Positions 8,012 through 14,496 of a DNA stretch of 14,496 bases are shown here, piece after piece. Below the pieces are notes generated by a model. That model did not search any database. It saw only the letters and a list, made by a program, of their open reading frames with translations, and was not told where the DNA came from. Each line of letters opens with the position of its first letter. Within the stretch, counting starts at the first letter, position 1. The position numbers were made by a program, and so were the translations under genes. This stretch comes from Leptolyngbyaceae cyanobacterium (GTDB lineage Bacteria; Cyanobacteriota; Cyanobacteriia; Phormidesmidales; Phormidesmidaceae): NCBI GenBank assembly GCA_050331235.1, contig JBHJHA010000009.1, positions 1 to 14,496 on the forward strand. Direction: 5' to 3'.

Positions 8012-9952
8012 TTGCCATTGAGACAACGCTTTCTGCCCATGATTTCCAGTTTCCCTCGTACCTATAGTTGGGCCACTCAGCGAAAGCGTCGATTTTCTGC
8101 TTGGCTACTCTTTAGTGCGACCTTGCTAACCGTCATTTTTGGAGGCTGCGGTTCTTTACCGTATGACACTTTCGCGTCTCCCCCGGATATTTTGATTGAT
8201 CAGTTTGGCTATCGACCAGGCGATCGCAAAGTTGCGGTCATTCAGCAAGCTCATGCCAGCCCTGAAGATGAGCCGGCGCTCTACCGTCATCTCAGTGACG
8301 ACTACCAAGTCATCGAGGTTAACCATCCGAGCCGTATTATTTTCGAAGCGCCAGCTCAACTGTGGAACGATGGTAAAATTCATTGTCAATCGGGTGATCG
8401 CGCTGCTTGGTTTGACTTTTCGACCGTGCAAAAGCCAGGTCAATATGTTATCCGCAATGCTCGCACGACAGCGACAAGTGTACCCTTTGAAATCTCCCAG
8501 TCGGTCTATCAAGATGTACTGGTCACCGCCACCCGCATGTTTTTTTATCAGCGTAGTGGCTTTGCCAAAGAGACTCCCTATGCAGATGCTCGCTGGACTG
8601 ACGGAGCTGCTTTCTTAGGACCGAGGCAAGATACCGAAGCCCGGTTTGTAGATGATAAAGACAATCCTGACCTTGCCCGAGATATGCGTGGCGGCTGGTT
8701 TGATGCTGGTGATACGAATAAATATGTGACGTTTGCGGCCCAGCCCATTCATCAGCTCCTAGAGGCTTACACCCGCAACCCAAGCGTTTGGACTGATGAT
8801 TTCAATTTGCCAGAGTCCAACAACAACATTCCTGATGTCCTGGACGAGGTGCAGTTTGAGCTTGATTGGTTTCAGCGTATGCAGGCTACCGATGGTGGTG
8901 TCTTTATCAAGCTCGGCACCCTCGAAGCCGATGCGGCCAAGCGACCGAGTTTAGATAAACGGCCACGGTTTTACGGGCCGAAGTGTTCTTCTTCAACCAT
9001 TGCTCTGGCGAGTACTTTTGCCCACGCTGCCTTTGTTTTCCAAACTATTCCCGCTCTACAGCCCCAAGCGACGCAGCTACAAAATCAGTCCCTGCGAGCG
9101 TGGGATTGGTTTATGTCAAACCCTATTCAAACAGAATGTGATACCCAAGAGATTAGAGCTGGAGATGCTGACCGTCCTGAAAATGAACAGATTGGGCTGG
9201 CGGTCATTGCGGCTGTCTACCTCTCTCAGTTAACCGATGATGAGCGCTTTCATAACTATGTTCGCGATTACTTTCGGGAAACCCGTTCCCTGACTGACGC
9301 CTACGGTGCCCTGTATGAACCGTTTGTAGTGGATGCGTTAATGGCTTATCAAGTTTTCGGCTCTGCTCCCTCCGAGGTCCGTCGAGCAATCAAAGCCGCT
9401 TTAACACAGCAGTTTTCCCAGACGCCTGAGCTGTTTAGCAACTCCCCCCTGGCTCAAGATCCTTACCGAGCCTTTCTTCCAGACGATCAATACCACTGGG
9501 GCAGCAACGTCGTCAAAAGCAATTTGGGCAACGTCAACTCTGCCATACATGATTACGCAATTGATGCGGAAAACGCCTCGGTTTATCGCGATCGCGCCCT
9601 CAACATCCTCCATTACTTGCACGGTGTTAATCCCCTTGGCATCGTTTATTTAACCAATATGTACGAGCACGGAGCCGAGTTCGCGGCTAATGAAATGTTC
9701 CATGAGTGGTTTGGTAAAGGTATTTACAGCAATGCCAAAACCTCGCCCAATGGTCCAGCCCCTGGCTTTCTTACTGGCGGTCCTAACAAAAACTATACCG
9801 GCTCCGCCCCTTTGGCTGATCGTCCCCCAATGCGGGCATATTTAGATGAAAATGATCCGGAATTGCGTATGTGGGAGATTAGTGAACCTTCGACTGGCTA
9901 TCAGTCTGCCTATGTTCAGCTGTTGACAAATTTCCAGGCATCCAGTGGATAA
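8012..9952 (+). CDS. Glycoside hydrolase family 9 (endoglucanase-like) with an N-terminal Ig-like domain; probable lipoprotein. The real start may be the ATG at 8039.
   Basis: GH9 motif GGWFDAGD; Ig-like start IDQFGYRP..RKVAV; PDVLDEVQFELDWF; YLHGVNPLGIVYLT; C-terminal catalytic Glu region WEISEPSTGYQ. The signal RKRRF-hydrophobic-FGGC has its Cys codon at 8147. Confidence 0.88.
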   Translation: MPLRQRFLPMISSFPRTYSWATQRKRRFSAWLLFSATLLTVIFGGCGSLPYDTFASPPDILIDQFGYRPGDRKVAVIQQAHASPEDEPALYRHLSDDYQVIEVNHPSRIIFEAPAQLWNDGKIHCQSGDRAAWFDFSTVQKPGQYVIRNARTTATSVPFEISQSVYQDVLVTATRMFFYQRSGFAKETPYADARWTDGAAFLGPRQDTEARFVDDKDNPDLARDMRGGWFDAGDTNKYVTFAAQPIHQLLEAYTRNPSVWTDDFNLPESNNNIPDVLDEVQFELDWFQRMQATDGGVFIKLGTLEADAAKRPSLDKRPRFYGPKCSSSTIALASTFAHAAFVFQTIPALQPQATQLQNQSLRAWDWFMSNPIQTECDTQEIRAGDADRPENEQIGLAVIAAVYLSQLTDDERFHNYVRDYFRETRSLTDAYGALYEPFVVDALMAYQVFGSAPSEVRRAIKAALTQQFSQTPELFSNSPLAQDPYRAFLPDDQYHWGSNVVKSNLGNVNSAIHDYAIDAENASVYRDRALNILHYLHGVNPLGIVYLTNMYEHGAEFAANEMFHEWFGKGIYSNAKTSPNGPAPGFLTGGPNKNYTGSAPLADRPPMRAYLDENDPELRMWEISEPSTGYQSAYVQLLTNFQASSG

Positions 9953-10079
9953 CTTTCGAATGGCTAAAACGCGTTGCGCTGTCTGTCGTGATACGCACAT
10001 CATGAGTTCTTATAGACTTTACTGCTCTCTTTTATGCCAGTAGTCAGCTTGTATTTTTACTTTCTTCAAGGGCTTCTTA

Positions 10080-11012
10080 TTGATGTCTACCAAAGTTTCT
10101 ATTTGTATTTCCACCTATAAGCGTCCAGAAGGACTGACCCGTCTCGTCAATGGGATTAACGATCTTGAGTTCGAGACTGTAGAAGTGCCAGATATCGAAA
10201 TCTTGGTTGCTGATAACGATAAGGCCGGCTCCGCGCAGGCGATTTATCAGAGTCTGAAAGAAACGTCGAGGTGGCCGTTGACTTATTCAGTAGAGCCACA
10301 GCAGGGGGTAACCTACGCTCGCAATCATTCTGTCAGGATGGCGTCAGATCAGTCTGAATTTTTGGTATTTATCGATGACGACGAAGTGCCTTCTCGCCTA
10401 TGGCTAGATCGGCTTTTGTCGACTCAAGCCGAACATCAGGCGGATATCGTTACGGGACCTGTCTATCCTAAGTTTGAATCTAACCAGCCTCCCCAGTGGG
10501 TTACAAAAGGTGGCTTTTTTGTTCCAGGTGAACAGGGAACTGCAACTCCGGTTTCCGTGGCTTTCACTAACAATGTTTTAGTCAAGACCAGTCTGGTCAA
10601 GCCGCTTAGGGAGCCCTTTGACCATCGATTTGCCTTCCGCGGTTCAGAAGATGCCTACCTGTTTATGTCTCTCTATAAACAAGGGGCAGTCATCATTTGG
10701 AATGACGAAGCTTTCGTGTATGAATTCATCCCCGAAACCCGAACTCGAATCAAATGGCTGCTAGATTCTGCATATTTTGGCTGGAGCAGCCATAGTGTCG
10801 TGGAGCGAGAACTATTCCCCTCGCTCAAAAAACAGGGCGTTCGTTTAGTCAAAGGGATTTTGTCAATTATCTACGGAGCATTGAGAACAATTCCCAGCCT
10901 GTTTTTGGGTAAGCATGAGCTAGTTAAGTCGCTAGTTTATTGCTCTCGCGGCTATGGCACATTGTCTGGGTTAGTGGGTGTTCATGGCGGATGGGGCGGG
11001 ACCAAGCGCTAA
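10080..11012 (+). CDS. Glycosyltransferase family 2 (ExoM-like)
   Basis: VSICISTYKRP, ILVADND, GVTYARN, FIDDDE (DxD motif), TNNVLV and GSED; 310 aa. An alternative ATG lies at 10083. Confidence 0.9.
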   Translation: MMSTKVSICISTYKRPEGLTRLVNGINDLEFETVEVPDIEILVADNDKAGSAQAIYQSLKETSRWPLTYSVEPQQGVTYARNHSVRMASDQSEFLVFIDDDEVPSRLWLDRLLSTQAEHQADIVTGPVYPKFESNQPPQWVTKGGFFVPGEQGTATPVSVAFTNNVLVKTSLVKPLREPFDHRFAFRGSEDAYLFMSLYKQGAVIIWNDEAFVYEFIPETRTRIKWLLDSAYFGWSSHSVVERELFPSLKKQGVRLVKGILSIIYGALRTIPSLFLGKHELVKSLVYCSRGYGTLSGLVGVHGGWGGTKR

Positions 11013-11036
11013 GGTGATGCCAACAGAATACTTTAA

Positions 11037-11065
11037 CTGACTCGCCTCAACTTGAGGCGAGTCAG
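11037..11065. terminator. Strong hairpin between convergent genes (terminator or 3' stabiliser)
   Basis: Perfect 14-bp inverted repeat CTGACTCGCCTCAA-C-TTGAGGCGAGTCAG, 24 nt after the GT2 stop. It has no clear U-tract. Confidence 0.65.
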
Positions 11066-11267
11066 CAATCTGAGTCATTAAAGTTGGCAACTGAATTCTA
11101 AAGGGAAAGTCGATTCAGCATAAAGCCCTTCAAAATTGGCCGTTCCTCGTTTGCTCAACATGATTTGAAGGTATTCTTCCGCTGCGATCGTGATTCTTGG
11201 TCACAATACCTTCAGAGAATAAAACAGTTAAAGCTCCCTACCGAAGTCGTCTCAATAGTTGACAGAT

Positions 11268-12794
11268 CTAGCTCTTTGAGGGGTCCGTAATCAGCCCTAA
11301 ATCCTTGACTATAACCCGCATTTCTCGGGTGGCTTTGATTACAGCATAGACAAAGATACAGGCAGCTTGCCAGTTTAAGAGAATACGGAAGTCATTAATG
11401 CCGAAGGCAACTGCCATCATGAGCAGAGCAAAAATGCAGAATCGCAAAATTTGCCCAACCTTGTACCAACTTCCTTTGCTATAGCGATAAACAAAATAAC
11501 AGATCCAGCGCGAAAGGGTCTGAGCGGCAAAGAACATGCTGCCAACTAAATTAGTCATCGTCAAGACGAGGAAGCCAAAGCTCTTGTAAATTTGTAAGAG
11601 TGGATAAAGCCAAATTCTTGTGGATTTGTTGACATAGTTGTAAACCCAGAAGGTGAATCTAACGAATAAAAGGAATGCCATCCACTTGCCTAACTCAATG
11701 GTGGAGATCGCATAATCCAGTGACTGCATAGCATCGTTGAACGCTAGCAAATTCCAAGCTGGATTGATGTTAGCTAACTGCAATAGAATGACGCCCGGTA
11801 TGGAGAATAAAACTACCCAAATCCACGGTTGATAAAGATCAATCCGGTCTTTATTCCTCAAATATGAATCCGTTAGGTTAGGCGTACTTTCTAGCTTTTC
11901 TGCAATGAGGTCGTTTTCCATGTAGCCGATCTCATAGACACACCAAAAAGCAGACATGAGAAACGCCATGCTGATGGCATGTAGCAACGGACTGGGGCTA
12001 ATCCAAGTCGTGGCCAAACAGAGGAACACTAAATCTTCAGCCAAAATGACTTTTTTGAGATAATTTCTATTGAGTTGTTTGACCTTCTCTGTGTAAAAGA
12101 AAGGAAAGTAAATTTTTCCCATAGCTCTCATATACTTCGCCTCTGGCCACAGTGTTAAACACGGCTTCGACGCTTTTCTCAAAAGGGGTAAATCGTCCTC
12201 CGAGTCAGTCACTACAGCAGCCCGTGCTAAAACCGACGGCCCTAGTTCGTCTGTCACTAAGGCAAGTTTGCCCCGAAAGCGATCCTGCACACCTTGCCAA
12301 AACCGACAGGCGATCGCCGGCTGCATGGGTAGCGGCAAACAATCGACTATAGGCTGAATAATAAACCGATACCCGTTGGAAGCTACAACGACATGAGAAA
12401 TTTGACTTACCTTGGCGGCCTGCAGAAGTTCCTGGTTAGCGAAGTCACGCGCCAGTCGCTTTGCTTTAGAACGCCACACCAATGGTGTCCAGGGAAACAA
12501 AATAGTCGATATGACGATCCGAAACCAATCCCTTGATATGTCACCGCGAAACTTTGGGCTTGGTATCCAATTCCAAGGCTTGATAAAACTCAAAGCAAAT
12601 AGTACTAAGGCCCCCAGAAACTTTGGTTGCAGGCTATTTAAATACTCTTCCGTTGAGTTTCGGAGAAACAGAGTTTCATCAAAATCGAAAATAAGAACTT
12701 CATTTTTTGATAGTGCGGTAATGGTTTTGAGTGTGGCATCAGTCGCCTGAAAAGAGACGCTTGCTGGAGACGGATTCTGAATGCTTTTAACCAT
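11268..12794 (-). CDS. HAD-superfamily phosphatase fused to a multi-TM, UbiA-like membrane domain
   Basis: HAD motifs I (IFDFDET), II (VVASNG), III (RGKL) and IV (TDSEDDLPLL) are present. The C-terminal half has several hydrophobic helices and GYMENDLIAE, which resembles the UbiA GY..ND..D motif. The HAD call is solid; the UbiA call is inference. Confidence 0.75.
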   Translation of the reverse strand: MVKSIQNPSPASVSFQATDATLKTITALSKNEVLIFDFDETLFLRNSTEEYLNSLQPKFLGALVLFALSFIKPWNWIPSPKFRGDISRDWFRIVISTILFPWTPLVWRSKAKRLARDFANQELLQAAKVSQISHVVVASNGYRFIIQPIVDCLPLPMQPAIACRFWQGVQDRFRGKLALVTDELGPSVLARAAVVTDSEDDLPLLRKASKPCLTLWPEAKYMRAMGKIYFPFFYTEKVKQLNRNYLKKVILAEDLVFLCLATTWISPSPLLHAISMAFLMSAFWCVYEIGYMENDLIAEKLESTPNLTDSYLRNKDRIDLYQPWIWVVLFSIPGVILLQLANINPAWNLLAFNDAMQSLDYAISTIELGKWMAFLLFVRFTFWVYNYVNKSTRIWLYPLLQIYKSFGFLVLTMTNLVGSMFFAAQTLSRWICYFVYRYSKGSWYKVGQILRFCIFALLMMAVAFGINDFRILLNWQAACIFVYAVIKATREMRVIVKDLGLITDPSKS

Positions 12795-12918
12795 TTGGAT
12801 AGCCTTTAAAATAACAGCGAGAAGTCTATTTCAGATAATAAATTGTCTCTAGAAAAGGGTGGCCTTTAAATATCGACTCTTTCTCTAGCTTACTTTCAGT
12901 ATCTCTATAATTCCCATA

Positions 12919-12965
12919 TTGACATAGCGGCGACTAAACCCTAGGTGCCCAATTTATAATGTCAA
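12919..12965. promoter_or_regulatory. Candidate overlapping divergent sigma70-type promoters
   Basis: Minus strand: TTGACA (12965-12960)-N16-TAGGGT (12943-12938), facing the HAD gene. Plus strand: TTGACA (12919-12924) and a perfect TATAAT (12955-12960). Confidence 0.45.
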
Positions 12966-13396
12966 GCTTCTATAGCCAGGTTGATCACAGCTACTGACCT
13001 AACTCCTATGGCGTATAGTCTATCGACGGTGTTAATCATTATTAGGACAGTAACCCTGAAGTTTTTTGATGATCAGAATGATGCATTCTAGAAATTAGGA
13101 ATACTTGACAGGCGCGGACTGTAAATCTACTGAGTTTATAACACTCTCAAATTTATGGAAGTATAAAGGTTCTATAAACCTCTAAGTACTTTGATAAAGA
13201 ATAGGTTTAGATATCGCTCGCAGACCTACATCACTATTGAGATTTGAACCAGTTGCAGTCCATAAAGGGGAACAGCAGCTTCAACCTCAGTGATCGCGGC
13301 GTAGGTGCGGTAAAAGCTATCGTTCGCGAGTCGAGTGAATGCTTGTCGTCCTCATCTTCCAAAGAGCAACGATCTTTGATGACGTTTATCGACCAT

Positions 13397-13555
13397 CGTC
13401 ATGTTCTCTTTTTAAACTGGATGCGTCTACTGTCGGTATCCGTCACAGTCAAGTCTAAACACGGTGTCCAACTGTTGCTTCAGACCTCATCGCCATCAAT
13501 CCGGAAAGACATGCAGCGAAGTTGATGGAGAATAGATTGAAAAGAGAACATGACG
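13397..13555. repeat. Long-range inverted repeat (16 bp perfect, 20/22 extended) enclosing a structured spacer
   Basis: CGTCATGTTCTCTTTT (13397-13412) is the exact reverse complement of AAAAGAGAACATGACG (13540-13555). Confidence 0.9.
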
Positions 13556-13645
13556 CTGCTGAAAGTCCCAACTCCTTGTTTGGCTACGTCTATTGCGATG
13601 GGACATGTCTCTGACGCGTATCTACATAACTACGGTTACCCATAA
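13550..13645 (+). CDS. Putative 31-aa leader peptide (uORF) MTLLKVPTPCLATSIAMGHVSDAYLHNYGYP
   Basis: ATG at 13550 follows the purine-rich GAAAAGAGAAC. TAA at 13643-13645 is followed by A and then the epimerase ATG at 13647. There is no homology support. Confidence 0.35.
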   Translation: MTLLKVPTPCLATSIAMGHVSDAYLHNYGYP

Positions 13646-13646
13646 A

Positions 13647-14496
13647 ATGAAAATTTTAGTTACTGGATCGTCAGGCTTTTTAGGGAGGTACGTCGTCGCA
13701 GCAGCCTTGCAACGGGGACATGAAGTACGGGCCGTTCAGCGTGATCGACCTGGACGATCGCCCTTACCATGGGAAGCCTCCTCAGCAGTTGAGACCTTTG
13801 CGGCAGACTTACTAAACCCGCAGTTAGATCCGTCAATGCTGTCAGGCATCGATAGCGTTATCCACTTGGCGGCCTCCAAGAGCGGTGACTTTGAGACGGC
13901 TTACCAAGGTACGGTTCAGACGACTCAAAACCTACTCAAGGTAGTCGCAGCACATCTGATCAAAAAGCTAGTGCTCATCAGTAGCTTCTCTGTCTATGAC
14001 TACAGGCAAATCTCTCCGGGAACTGTGCTGAGCGAAAATGCTCCCATGAGCGAAGACCTGTCTGAGCGTGATGCGTATGCTCAGACCAAGCTGGCTCAAG
14101 AACAGCTAGTCCGCCAACATGCAGCTCAGCATGGGTATCAAATCTCAGTCATCAGACCAGGTATGATATTCGGCCGTGGGGCCCTTTGGAATGCTAGTCA
14201 TGGTCATAGAGCGGGCCCAGCTTGGTTGCTGATTGGCGGTCGGCATGTGATGCCACTGACCTATGTAGAGAACTGCGCCACTGCAATCGTCCTCGCAGCC
14301 ACAGCCGCAACGCTCCCTGGAGAAGTTTTCAATATCGTGGATGATGATTTGCCAACCCGACGAGAATACACTCAGGCGATCTCGGAGCAAGCGGTCGACA
14401 AGCCAAGCATCATGCCAGTTAGTCAGCCTCTACTCAGGGGGATGGCTTCAGTTGCCAGCACCATCAATCGCACCTTGCTGCAAAATAAGGTTAATC
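13647..14496 (+). CDS. NAD-dependent epimerase/dehydratase (extended SDR); 3' end outside the window
   Basis: Manual translation gives MKILVTGSSGFLGRYVV (GxxGxxG), VIHLAA, LISSFSVY, YAQTK (YxxxK), IRPGMIFG, TYVENCA and EVFNIVDD. It is open to the window edge. Confidence 0.92.
   Translation, partial: MKILVTGSSGFLGRYVVAAALQRGHEVRAVQRDRPGRSPLPWEASSAVETFAADLLNPQLDPSMLSGIDSVIHLAASKSGDFETAYQGTVQTTQNLLKVVAAHLIKKLVLISSFSVYDYRQISPGTVLSENAPMSEDLSERDAYAQTKLAQEQLVRQHAAQHGYQISVIRPGMIFGRGALWNASHGHRAGPAWLLIGGRHVMPLTYVENCATAIVLAATAATLPGEVFNIVDDDLPTRREYTQAISEQAVDKPSIMPVSQPLLRGMASVASTINRTLLQNKVN

Larger units (their letters stand above)
1434..12317. repeat. HIP1 octamers (GCGATCGC), 11 dispersed copies
   Basis: Found by eye at 1434, 2592, 3310, 3972, 5680, 5936, 6553, 6853, 8220, 9588 and 12310. 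Fewer than one copy is expected by chance, and HIP1 is a hallmark of many cyanobacteria. Confidence 0.9.

Noticed and set aside
13298..13318. GGCGTAGGTGCGGTAAAAG as an ops/JUMPstart element before a polysaccharide operon
   Set aside because: It does not match the GGCGGTAG core.
13352..13402. Mirror 16-aa minus-strand mini-ORF (MTMVDKRHQRSLLFGR) with the same start context as the uORF
   Set aside because: Its start context is an automatic consequence of the inverted repeat, and it is not coupled to any gene.
13244..13525. 93-aa plus-strand ORF with a TTG start in the intergenic region
   Set aside because: It is Ser-rich with no recognisable motif or RBS, and it overlaps the structured inverted repeat. 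More likely incidental.
13397..13555. Retron msr-msd interpretation of the long inverted repeat (a1/a2 arms)
   Set aside because: There is no reverse transcriptase in the window, and the adjacent gene is an SDR epimerase.
590..14390. Other short ORFs in the track that overlap menB, DUF721, SPOR, hisG, ABC, GH9, HAD and the epimerase
   Set aside because: They are alternative-frame or antisense shadows of well-supported genes and have no motifs of their own.

Overview
Cyanobacterial chromosomal window, judged from 11 perfect HIP1 GCGATCGC octamers and typical gene content. From left to right it holds: the left end of an IS630-family element (transposase N-terminus, minus strand); menB; a small Cys-rich protein; a DUF721/DciA-like protein; a bitopic SPOR-domain protein; tRNA-Leu(UAG); short-form hisG; and an ABC exporter. 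From about 8.0 kb it holds a glycan/exopolysaccharide-type region: a GH9 glycoside hydrolase with a lipoprotein-like signal, an ExoM-like GT2, a HAD phosphatase fused to a UbiA-like membrane domain, and a divergent NAD-dependent epimerase/dehydratase that runs off the window. The most unusual signal lies in the 852-nt gap before the epimerase. There a perfect 16-bp long-range inverted repeat covers the ribosome-binding region and ATG of an unannotated 31-aa leader ORF, whose stop codon ends 1 nt before the epimerase ATG. This suggests an RNA-structure and translational-coupling switch. All calls come from reading the sequence by eye; no searches were run.
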